Notes: generated from the sequence alone by a model not told the origin. A stretch of DNA of 32,000 bases from a cyanobacterium endosymbiont of Epithemia turgida isolate EtSB Lake Yunoko (GCF_000829235.1 NZ_AP012549.1:1830001-1862000); one strand, 5' to 3'. Shown: positions 9,866 to 18,942, numbered from the stretch's first letter. Translations and numbers: made by a program.

Positions 9866-11035
9866 ATGGATGGCTTAAATTTTATTCAGAAGCGGCATCT
9901 CCAACCCAATTGGATTTTAACAGTCGGAGTGCTGTTTCTCCTCTCAGCTATCACTTCCTGCAAAGGAAACAATCAACCTCAGAGCAATCCTGACAACTCA
10001 CAGCAGGAAGCTGCTAATGCAGAAAGTCAATTAATTCTCAACAACGCAACCTTAGAGCAATCTAATGCAAAAGGAGAAATGCTTTGGAAAATTCAAGTAG
10101 ATGAGGCCGCCTACAGTCCTGATCGTAAAAAAGCTCAATTAACTGCCGTAAAAGGCAATATTTTTCAAGATGGTAAAATTGTACTTCGTATTAAAGCTGA
10201 CCAGGGAGAAATTGCTCAAGATGGACAAAAAATTTATCTTAAAGAGAACATTGTTGCTGTCGATCCTCGTAACAACGCGGTAATGCAGAGTGACGAAGTG
10301 GAGTGGAGACCCCAAGAATCTGTCCTCATGATACGAAAAAATCTGCGGGGCTCCCATCCTCAACTTACGGCTTCTGCCAAGGAGGGTAAGTATTATGCTA
10401 CTAAGCAGAAACTTGAATTTATAGGCAATATTATTGCTATTTCAAAAAAGCCTCGGATGCAACTGAAAACAGAACATCTACTATGGAAGATTCCTGAACA
10501 AAAGGTAATTGGTGATCGTTTACTTAACATAGTTCATTTCCAAGATAAAATCATCACCGACAAACTAGTTGCTAACTATGCTGAAATTCACCTCAACATC
10601 AAACAGGTCATTGTTAAAAACAATATTGAATTCAAATCAATTAAACCTCCGATACAAGTAGCAACCAACGAATTTATTTGGAAATACGAAGCACGCCAAC
10701 TCACCTCAAGCAAACCTGTCAAATTAATTCACTATCAACAGGGAGTTATCATCACTGGCAACCAAGCTGAGGTCGATCTAACTAATAGTATCGCTTATCT
10801 TCGGGGTGGCGTTCAAGGTAATAGTATGGCTAATGCTGCCAAACTATATTCAAACAATCTTACCTGGAATGTTAACACTCAGATTATTGAAGCCTTGGGA
10901 AATGTCATTTACGAACAAACCGCTCCCGACTTTAATTTAACTGGGGAAAAAGCCGTAGGCACTATACATGATAACAAAATCGTTGTCAGTGGCAATGCTC
11001 GAGATCGAGTCGTAACGGAAATTTTCACTAAATAA
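9866..11035 (+). CDS. lptC: LptC-like periplasmic LPS-transport lipoprotein (long cyanobacterial form)
   Basis: 389 aa. The N-terminal signal has a lipobox-like LSAITSC. Repeated OstA/LptC-like beta-jellyroll segments are present (LILNNATLEQSNAKGEMLWKIQVDEAAY...AQLTAVKGNIFQDGKIVLRIKADQGEI). The family call is by eye. Confidence 0.6.
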   Translation: MDGLNFIQKRHLQPNWILTVGVLFLLSAITSCKGNNQPQSNPDNSQQEAANAESQLILNNATLEQSNAKGEMLWKIQVDEAAYSPDRKKAQLTAVKGNIFQDGKIVLRIKADQGEIAQDGQKIYLKENIVAVDPRNNAVMQSDEVEWRPQESVLMIRKNLRGSHPQLTASAKEGKYYATKQKLEFIGNIIAISKKPRMQLKTEHLLWKIPEQKVIGDRLLNIVHFQDKIITDKLVANYAEIHLNIKQVIVKNNIEFKSIKPPIQVATNEFIWKYEARQLTSSKPVKLIHYQQGVIITGNQAEVDLTNSIAYLRGGVQGNSMANAAKLYSNNLTWNVNTQIIEALGNVIYEQTAPDFNLTGEKAVGTIHDNKIVVSGNARDRVVTEIFTK

Positions 11036-11054
11036 CTTAAACTAACTTTCTTTT

Positions 11055-11771
11055 ATGAGAATGGTATTACCTATGAGTGTAATTACCTCTACCATTATGA
11101 ATCCTTGCATTTTACTAGTACAACTTGACAAATACTTTAATCAACGCGCGAAAGCTGATCTGATAGAAATTGGTTACACTCCAGTGATTGTATCTGATGC
11201 TCATCAAGCTCTACTCGAAGCCGAAAAGCAACAACCGGCTATGATAGTTATTGATCATCACCGCTCAAAAAAAGCTGGGTTGACTTTGTGCCGTCAGTTG
11301 AGAAAGGTTCAAAACCGAGTGTTGATTATTATGGTGCTTGATAAAGAAAGCGTTGAAGAAAGAGTGGCTTGTTTAGAAGTAGGAGCCGATGACTATATAT
11401 TGAAAACTTATCATACTGAAAACCTATTTAGATTAGTCCATTTTTATTTGAATACTACTGAAACAGTTACTGAAAGACTTCAATTTGATCATTTAATGTT
11501 GGATTTGAACAGCCGCCAACTTTTTATAGATGAAACAGCCATTGATTTGACTATGAAGGAATTTGAATTACTTAAATACCTCATGTCTTACCCTAAAGAA
11601 ATATTAACACGAGATAAAATTTTAGAAAATGTTTGGGGATATGATTTTCAAGGCGAATCTAATGTAATCGAAGTTTATATTCGTTATTTACGCTTAAAAA
11701 TAGAGAGTAAAAATCAAAAACGATTAATCCACACTGTTCGTGGTATTGGCTATGTTCTACGAGAAGGATAG
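11055..11771 (+). CDS. OmpR/PhoB-family response regulator with degenerate receiver domain (NblR-like, tentative)
   Basis: The winged-helix C-terminus is intact (LTMKEFELLKYLMSYPKEILTRDKILENVWGYDF...TVRGIGYVL). In the receiver, the acidic pair is replaced (LLVQLDKY), the Asp is kept (IVID), the beta4 Thr/Ser is absent (IIMVLDKE) and the Lys is kept (DDYILKTY). The start is uncertain, with several Met within the first 16 codons. Confidence 0.85.
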   Translation: MRMVLPMSVITSTIMNPCILLVQLDKYFNQRAKADLIEIGYTPVIVSDAHQALLEAEKQQPAMIVIDHHRSKKAGLTLCRQLRKVQNRVLIIMVLDKESVEERVACLEVGADDYILKTYHTENLFRLVHFYLNTTETVTERLQFDHLMLDLNSRQLFIDETAIDLTMKEFELLKYLMSYPKEILTRDKILENVWGYDFQGESNVIEVYIRYLRLKIESKNQKRLIHTVRGIGYVLREG

Positions 11772-11816
11772 TCAAAAAAAAGCGAAAAAAGGGGAAAAAT
11801 TCGACTTTGGACTTTT

Positions 11817-12104
11817 TTGTTATCTTTAACTGTAATTTTTTCTAAACACTCATGTAAGATGGGACTTGCAATGAAATTATCGATTTTCTTAACCTCAACT
11901 GTTATGATTGCTATTTTATCTTTTGAATATTCTTTTCCAGAGCAGACTGAATCCCAGTTTAGTAAGGTTGAGAGTAAACTAAAAATAATTGCCCAAACCC
12001 AAGGTTAAAGCATCCCCCTGGAAGCCAAGGCAATGTTCAATGAACAAGTGAATGTTGCTGTCTTTCTACTTTCGTCGAGATATCTCCATAGTCATCACTA
12101 CTGA
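11817..12104 (+). pseudogene. signal-anchored ORF interrupted by an in-frame TAA (identity unknown)
   Basis: The track ORF 11817-12008 has a hydrophobic segment (MKLSIFLTSTVMIAILSF) and ends at a TAA. The same frame continues for 31 more codons (SIPLEAKAMFNEQVNVAVFLL...) to TGA at 12102. The TTG-type start is poor. Confidence 0.25.
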
Positions 12105-13005
12105 CTAGCTATGGGCTCTAAATGTGTAGGTTTTTAAACATCAGAAAAACCTTTTTTCTATTTCGAATTCCTCAGCATTGTTGATTGCCCAACATAGTAT
12201 GTGGACACGTATACCCACCAGCTAGAGTAATAAGGTTCACCCTTTAATTTCTTGGCGTATCCTCAAGTGTCTATTAAACTAATTCTAGTCTAGCTTAGTC
12301 GTTAAGTACTGAGCAGCTTTAATTCTGAGACGGCAATGTTACGATTATTCCCCTTCGGTTCGATACATCCCGCTTGTTTATAGCGCGGGGCTTACCGCAC
12401 GGAAGCTAAATAGAAAAGTCCCAATCTTGTTCAACAAAGTTAAAAATTAGTGTTAAATTTATGCTAATTAGTGTCTCTGTTAGTTTTGAGCTTCTCATTC
12501 TAGAAAATTTTCTAAGTCTTTCAGTATTAGTTGATAGTTAAACCACTACCTAAATAACTCCTAATATAATGTTGTTCATTTATGTCTTACGACTAATTTC
12601 TTCTACATCGAAGAATAAATCTTTAAGTTGACGATTCTTAGATGTAAAGTATCTTTAAATAAAGGACAAAGTTAACTGAAATACTAGTCTACCTTAAGTG
12701 AAATTCTGTCCAATCTCGTAATGGAAAGTTCAGTGGATAGATAGTGTGAGAATAATACGAAGAAACTTAGAGAAGCCTTGAGGATTTGTCTCCATTGAGA
12801 TTTGATGAACAAGGAATAAGTAAACGTAGTCACGTATACATTTTTCAATAGTATTTAGTTATCTTCATTAGCTTCCTAACATAGTAGATAGACGGTTGGT
12901 TAACTTGTTTAATTTAAAATCAAGAGAGCGCGCAAGGAATAAAACCAAAAGTGGATAGGCTCAGAAAACTAGGATAAAATGCTCTAATAACTTCTGGCTT
13001 AAACT

Positions 13006-13797
13006 ATGTTTAAAACTCAAGAATTACGGATTGGTTGGCTCTATCCTACCTTAATGAGTACCTATGGTGATCGCGGTAACGTCATCTGTCTTCAACGTCG
13101 TTGTCAATGGCGTGGACTCAATGTTACTATTGTTCCTGTCACTCAGCAAACAGAAGCCTCGATATTCAAAGAAATCGATGTCATTGTCGGGGGTGGCGCG
13201 CAAGATCGTCAACAAGAAATTGTGATGCGAGATTTACGAGGGGCTAAAGCTGAGGCTTTTAAGGAGAAAGTTGAAGAAGGAACCCCTGGAGTGTTTACCT
13301 GCGGTTCTCCTCAGCTTTTGGGTCATTACTATGAACCTGCTTTAGGACGACGCATTGAAGGCTTAGGATTACTGGATTTAGTTAGTAAACATCCCGGGGC
13401 GAATGTATCTCGTTGTATTGGTGATGTTGTCTTTGAAATCACTTCTAGTCCCCTAGCAGAAACTTTAAGAAAACAATTAGGGAAACCTCCGATTATTATC
13501 GGATTTGAGAATCATGGAGGGCGAACTTATTTAGGAAAAGTTGAACCTTTAGGAAAAATGATTAAAGGGTATGGGAATAACGGTGAAGATGGTTATGAAG
13601 GAGCTTTTTATCGTCATGTGATCGCTACTTATTGCCACGGACCTTTGTTACCTAAAAATCCTTTTATTGCTGACTGGTTAATTCAAACAGCTTTACAAGA
13701 AAAATATCAAGCCGAAATTTCCTTAGACCCTCTTGATGATTCTCTCGTAGAACAAGCTAGGAAAGCAATGTTAAAACGCCTTGAAGTTAATTGTTAA
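13006..13797 (+). CDS. gatD: CobQ/CobB-type (GATase_3) glutamine amidotransferase, GatD-like
   Basis: 263 aa. It shows LRIGWLYPTLMSTYGDRGNV, the nucleophile context VFTCGSPQLLGHYY and the His context GFENHGGRTYLG, typical of the MurT-associated GatD family. Called by eye. Confidence 0.6.
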   Translation: MFKTQELRIGWLYPTLMSTYGDRGNVICLQRRCQWRGLNVTIVPVTQQTEASIFKEIDVIVGGGAQDRQQEIVMRDLRGAKAEAFKEKVEEGTPGVFTCGSPQLLGHYYEPALGRRIEGLGLLDLVSKHPGANVSRCIGDVVFEITSSPLAETLRKQLGKPPIIIGFENHGGRTYLGKVEPLGKMIKGYGNNGEDGYEGAFYRHVIATYCHGPLLPKNPFIADWLIQTALQEKYQAEISLDPLDDSLVEQARKAMLKRLEVNC

Positions 13798-14206
13798 CTC
13801 AGTCCTATAATTTATTTTTTAAAAATATATTTTCCCGCTTAAACTGATATTAATTATTAAAATTTTTTAGTTTATTTACTTTTATATACCTAAATAAAAC
13901 TACTATGATATCAAGAACAAATATGGGTGAATCGACGATTGAAATATATTTAAGATTTGACAAAATAGGTAATTCATATTATATTAGTTAACCTATTTTA
14001 ATACCACTAAATATTATGATAAACTATTTATAACTATAGCATAACAAAATTTTAAGTTTATAATATTTCGCCCAAGCAGCTTATTGAGTTAAGTCAGAAA
14101 TACTTGCTTAAGTAGAAATGTTTATGCATACCTAATGACGTTCATTTCAAACGCTAAAACAGTTTAGATAACTGTTTGACTTCTAAGGATTTAAATGGAT
14201 TTAACT

Positions 14207-14308
14207 TTATATTTTGTTACAAGTCTGTATATAGAGAATTAGTAAAAATATAGTAGGAACTAAAACAAATAGAATAGTAACCATAACGCCAAGATTATTA
14301 ACTTACAT
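14207..14308 (-). pseudogene. psbM: psbM (photosystem II reaction centre protein M) with a stop at codon 2
   Basis: The minus-strand frame, checked codon by codon, reads M * V N N L G V M V T I L F V L V P T I F L L I L Y I Q T C N K I *. Cyanobacterial PsbM begins MQVNNLGF...LFVLVPTVFLLILYIQT (from memory). The TAA at 14303-14305 replaces the Gln codon. Confidence 0.85.
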
Positions 14309-14502
14309 GGATTCTCTTCTTTTGTTTCTTTGAAATAAAAAATAACTACTTTTGGCAAATCATTTTCTTCTGTTATGGAGACTGATATAGTCTCACAATC
14401 TCGTTTAGCAGTGGAAAAATTTTAATAGTTCATAGAACTATCGTCAAAGACGATACACTTTATTCGTTAGTCTCACCCGAACTGAATGACCTACAACATC
14501 TC

Positions 14503-14850
14503 CTATACCCTATAACAACAAACATCGCTCAAAGATACACCTAAAGGAGATGAGCAGGGTTTAGTTTTGATCTTAACTGGTTCATTAACCAATGTTTGAC
14601 AGGATAAGCGATAATTATTGGGCTTTTTCTTAAGTGTACGCTGTTCAGGATCTGTTCTTGGCGATAAATTTTCTATCCCTTCAACAATTTCTCCGATACA
14701 AGTCCTACATTGACCATGACCCCCACTATTAATGAGTTTTCTCTTTAAGGTATAGAGATAAATCTGATTTTACAGAGCTTTTTCTCTTAGGTTAGCTCCT
14801 TGAGCTGCTACAACATCTTTATTTTCCTTAAACAAAAAAATAGTCGTCTA
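14503..14850 (-). pseudogene. [2Fe-2S] ferredoxin-domain protein relic (start lost, in-frame TAA, first Cys ligand lost)
   Basis: The minus frame reads [96 protein letters not shown]. This matches the cyanobacterial family ..KFxKENKEI..GANLRxKALENGIDLY..NCGGxGQCGTCIVEIxEGxENLSPRT..YRLACQT..TKP. The TAA lies at 14770-14772 and NCGG has become NSGG. Confidence 0.8.
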
Positions 14851-14953
14851 CTCTTATTATCCAAATTGAAGTCTTTAATATTCTTTCATATTTTTAATAA
14901 GTTTTAACACTCTGCTAATCTTAACTAACAATTTTGTTTGAGTTAAGTAGTAT

Positions 14954-15718
14954 CTATATGTCTCTAACGGGAACTTGGCGATCACGTAAGTATCCTTTTA
15001 CTTCACCGATGGTCAACTTACCGCAATGGAGCAAAGAAGCTAATAAAGCAGCTTGAGCACGACCTTTAGAGAAGGATTCATAGATATGTTGACAATTTCC
15101 CGCTCCTCCAGAAGCAATTACTGGAATTTCTACACGTTCAGCGATAGTGTGAGTTAATTCTAGATCATATCCAGTCTGAGTTCCATCCGCATCCATACTG
15201 GTTACCAACAACTCCCCTGCACCCCGTTTTTCTACGTCTTGTGCCCACTCGATAGCATCTATCCCCGTACTTTCCCGTCCTCCCCGCACATAGACCTCCC
15301 AGCCGTCATTATATTTACGCCGTCTAGCATCAATAGCCACTACGATACACTGTTGACCAAAACGATCACTAGCACGGTTGATAAAATCGGGCTTACGAAC
15401 AGCAGCGGAATTGATGCTAATTTTGTCAGCTCCGGCCCTTAACAGGTTTTTGATATTTTCTAGGGTTTGAATGCCACCCCCAACGGTTAAAGGGATAAAA
15501 ATGGCTTCGGCAGTACGATAAACGACATCAATAATGGTGTTTCGTCCCTCATGAGTGGCAGTAATATCGAGAAAGATTAATTCATCAGCCCCCGCATCAT
15601 TGTAAACTTTGGCTAATTCCACAGGATCTCCAGCATCTTGGAGATTAATAAAATTAACACCTTTGACCACGCGACCGGCACTAACATCGAGACAAGGTAA
15701 AATTCGTTTAGCTAACAT
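14954..15718 (-). CDS. hisF: imidazole glycerol phosphate synthase cyclase subunit
   Basis: 254 aa starting [12 protein letters not shown]...[25 protein letters not shown]-like TVGGGI and the C-terminal SGGAG signature are present. Confidence 0.95.
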   Translation of the reverse strand: MLAKRILPCLDVSAGRVVKGVNFINLQDAGDPVELAKVYNDAGADELIFLDITATHEGRNTIIDVVYRTAEAIFIPLTVGGGIQTLENIKNLLRAGADKISINSAAVRKPDFINRASDRFGQQCIVVAIDARRRKYNDGWEVYVRGGRESTGIDAIEWAQDVEKRGAGELLVTSMDADGTQTGYDLELTHTIAERVEIPVIASGGAGNCQHIYESFSKGRAQAALLASLLHCGKLTIGEVKGYLRDRQVPVRDI

Positions 15719-15805
15719 TTCGACGAGGTTTTTAGGGTAAATATGTAGTTTATTCCTAATTTTAGACTTAAAAAGTAATCACTTAAATAAGAGTTGATTT
15801 TCAGT

Positions 15806-17029
15806 TTAATTGTTCAGAGCTTCAATGTTTACTTCTCCTTTTTCGGTTATCCAAGCGAGAGTTTTAACGTGATTTTTTAGCGCATAATTACGAATTTCTT
15901 CGGTAGAACGTCCCCCCAATTCTAGGGCTACCCTTAACTTTTCTGAAGACTGTCTAAGTTGTTGAGCATAACTTAAGGCCATTGATTGGGCCTGGGAAGT
16001 TTGAGCAATCACGAGAAAATCAATTAGAGGAGGAGTTTGTGGCAAAATAGCAGTAGTTAATAAATAAGTGTATAGGTCTTCAAGATTGAAAGAAAATCCA
16101 ATACCTGGAGTTGATGTTTGCTGAGGATGGTAAACCCCAAGAAGTTTGTCATAGCGTCCACCCTGGCCTAAAATTTGTAATTGATTGTTACTTTTACCAA
16201 CAGCTTTAAACACAATTCCTGTATAGTAATCAAAGGTTTGAATTAAACTTAAATCCAAGGTAAATGGAAAAGGCTTTGACCAGCTTGTTTCAATTAGTTC
16301 GACCAATGATTTTAAATCATTTACACTTTTTTGTCCAGCTTTATCCAACTCTAATTGGAAAATTTTTTGGAGTACCTGAGCAGGAGTTCCCCGTAAATCA
16401 AACAATAGTTTTCCTCGTTGTTGTAAGTCAACAGAAGGGTAGTCAAGATTTTCCAAGGTTACATAGTCAAGTTGAGCCAAACATTGACGCACCTGACTTT
16501 TAAGGGAACCTGGAAAAGGTTCAAGAAGCGATCGCGTCAGACTGGCTTCTCCTAGAATAAGATGCCAATAGGGAGTTCCTAACTGTTCAAGACAATTAGC
16601 GACTAATAATAAAATTTCCGCATCCGCTAAAACTCCTCCCGAAAAAAGTAATTCTACCCCGGCTTGATAAAACTCTAATTGTTTTCCGTGATGACCCACC
16701 GGAGGCTCTCGAAAAACATTAGCACGATAACAGAGGCGTTGGGGATAGGTAGTATCAGCCATGCGAGTAACAGCAGTCCGGGCAATCGAGGCAGTTAGTT
16801 CTGGCCGTAATCCTAATTGCCCGGCAGAACTATCCTGTAGTTGAATCACCGTTGAAAGATCAATAGCTCCTCCAGCCATCAATGTTTCTAACCGTTCAAT
16901 GGTGGAAGTGACAACACGTTGATATCCCCATTGTCCAAATACTTGTTGAAGAAGATCATTAATCCAAGCCTTTTGTACAACTTCGAGGGGAAGTAAGTCT
17001 CTTGCTCCTGCGGGTGGTTGATGAATCAT
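15806..17029 (-). CDS. hisZ: ATP phosphoribosyltransferase regulatory subunit (HisRS paralog)
   Basis: 407 aa starting MIHQPPAGARDLLPLEV. It has a class II HisRS-like core (YRANVFR, EFYQAGVELL) and the HisZ length, and it sits next to hisF. Confidence 0.85.
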   Translation of the reverse strand: MIHQPPAGARDLLPLEVVQKAWINDLLQQVFGQWGYQRVVTSTIERLETLMAGGAIDLSTVIQLQDSSAGQLGLRPELTASIARTAVTRMADTTYPQRLCYRANVFREPPVGHHGKQLEFYQAGVELLFSGGVLADAEILLLVANCLEQLGTPYWHLILGEASLTRSLLEPFPGSLKSQVRQCLAQLDYVTLENLDYPSVDLQQRGKLLFDLRGTPAQVLQKIFQLELDKAGQKSVNDLKSLVELIETSWSKPFPFTLDLSLIQTFDYYTGIVFKAVGKSNNQLQILGQGGRYDKLLGVYHPQQTSTPGIGFSFNLEDLYTYLLTTAILPQTPPLIDFLVIAQTSQAQSMALSYAQQLRQSSEKLRVALELGGRSTEEIRNYALKNHVKTLAWITEKGEVNIEALNN

Positions 17030-18099
17030 GGTTTTCTTTGGCTTATTGCTTTGTATTGTTTTGCCCCAAAAAGGGGAGGGTTAAAGCTTTGTCTTTTAGA
17101 CTAGCGTAGTGTAATATTGCCTTTTGCTAGTGGAGTAGAAATTACTTCTTTGTCCAAAATAAAAAGTAAAAAAGTTCTCCCTCAATTGATTTGTCAAAAG
17201 ATTTATTTTTGTCATTGCTCATCAGTTGATCAGTCTATTTTTTAGCTTGAATACCTACTAAGTGTTTAGAGTTTCCTTGCGAAACTTTATTGATATAAAC
17301 CTTGTTCATGGTGAGTTATTTTTCTGCAAAAGAAGCTAATCATAATGATCCATGACATACTGAATTACTTGGTTCAGTTTTTAGGTCCTCTCGTAATTCT
17401 ATAATGGCTTAGAACATTATATTCTTGACGATCAAAATGTTAACGTGCTCGTCGAATGACAGAATAAACAACAGAAACAAGAGTTTTTAAAATCTCTAGC
17501 GGTTGCTTTGGTTTTTCTAGCTCAGATTCATGTTTAGGCAGTTCAGGAGGAGGTTTAATCCTAGTTTTTACCAATGTTTGACCCAAAGCCTGATATTGTT
17601 CATAAGCTAAGGACTTAATTGACTTTTAGATAAAATTAATGGGTGTTTTGAGTCAATGTAACTTGAAATAATTTGTAGGCAGTTTCAGTTCCTAAGGTAA
17701 TAGCGTTCAATATATCTAGCTAAATCGAGATCATTTAAGCTGGCTTTTCAAGAATGCTTTATAGGCATAATTTACTGATTTTTATGATAATTGATTAGTT
17801 TATTCCTGTTTTCTGTTTTACCTTTATATGTATTAGTTAGAATGAAGACAACAACAAAAAGTAACTTTTAGGTAACGTTAGCGAATTTACTTGATACTCA
17901 CATTTATTGGAAGTCCAAGAATTGTATAATATGGTCGATGAGATTGTATTTAAATAGTCGTTGTTAAATAGGAAAACTCATGCAAAATTCTAAGCTCATC
18001 CTTTCAGGGACTGAAACTTCTATTTTTTCTTATATTGTTTCTACTGTGTCTTCAAATACCAAATTTTTAGCTGTATAACTAGAATCACTTAGCGCTCAG

Positions 18100-18942
18100 C
18101 TATAGCGATTTTGCTTTATAAAAATTCTGTAGCCAGGGTAATGCTCCATCTAAAGCTTGACTTAAAACATGATGAATATGCCCGTTAGTAGCTAATAATC
18201 TCCCTGACTTAAGAATTAAAGTACTCTCATCATAAGCAGATATTTTTCCTCCTGCTTCTTCTAAAATGATAATCCCTGCGCTAATATCCCAAGGGCTTAA
18301 TCCTCTTTCCCAATACCCATCAAGGCGTCCACAAGCTACATTGGCCAAGTCAAGAGCGGCTGATCCTGTACGGCGAACCCCTTGAGTGATATGAGTTAAG
18401 TAACAAAATTCAGTATAGTTAGTATCTTGAGTCTCTTGGCGATCATAAGGAAATCCTGTGACTAGTAAACTATTACTTAATTCTGTGGTTTTAGAAACTT
18501 GAATAGAACGATAATTAAGGGTAGCTCCTAATCCTTTCGCCGCTCTAAACAACTCCTTTTTAAAGGGATCATAAATGGCTCCCACTTGGGGTATTCCCTC
18601 TATCAATAACCCGACAGATACGGCGTAAATAGGATAGCCATGGGCATAATTAGTGGTTCCATCAAGAGGATCAATTACCCAAAGATAATCACTCTCAGCT
18701 ACTCCTAAGAGACCAGATTCTTCAGCTAAAATTTGATGTTGAGGAACTCGACGGCGTAGAATATTTAAGATGGCTGCTTCCGCTGTTTTATCAGCTTCGG
18801 TGACTAAATCTCCAGGACGACCTTTTTCCTCAATTTTTTCTAACTTACCCCAAAGATCTTGTAAAATCACTCCAGCAGTCATCACCGCTTCTGTGGCAAC
18901 CTCTAAGAGTATTTCTAGTTTGTTTTGACTTGGTTTGTACAT
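18100..18942 (-). CDS. inositol monophosphatase family phosphatase (SuhB/HisN-like)
   Basis: 280 aa with IMPase motifs LVTEADKTAE, WVIDPLDGTTNYAHG and WDISAGIIILEEAGG. Confidence 0.85.
   Translation of the reverse strand: MYKPSQNKLEILLEVATEAVMTAGVILQDLWGKLEKIEEKGRPGDLVTEADKTAEAAILNILRRRVPQHQILAEESGLLGVAESDYLWVIDPLDGTTNYAHGYPIYAVSVGLLIEGIPQVGAIYDPFKKELFRAAKGLGATLNYRSIQVSKTTELSNSLLVTGFPYDRQETQDTNYTEFCYLTHITQGVRRTGSAALDLANVACGRLDGYWERGLSPWDISAGIIILEEAGGKISAYDESTLILKSGRLLATNGHIHHVLSQALDGALPWLQNFYKAKSL

Noticed and set aside
12357-12375. T-loop-like GGTTCGAT suggested a tRNA or tmRNA 3' domain.
   Set aside because: The flanking bases do not form a 5-bp T stem, and I could build no acceptor, D or anticodon arms on either strand. 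No other tRNA-like sequence was seen in the window.
17923-17930. An extended -10 consensus tgtataat suggested a promoter in the hisZ-IMPase spacer.
   Set aside because: There is no suitably spaced -35 and no downstream plus-strand gene. TATAAT-like strings are frequent in DNA this AT-rich.
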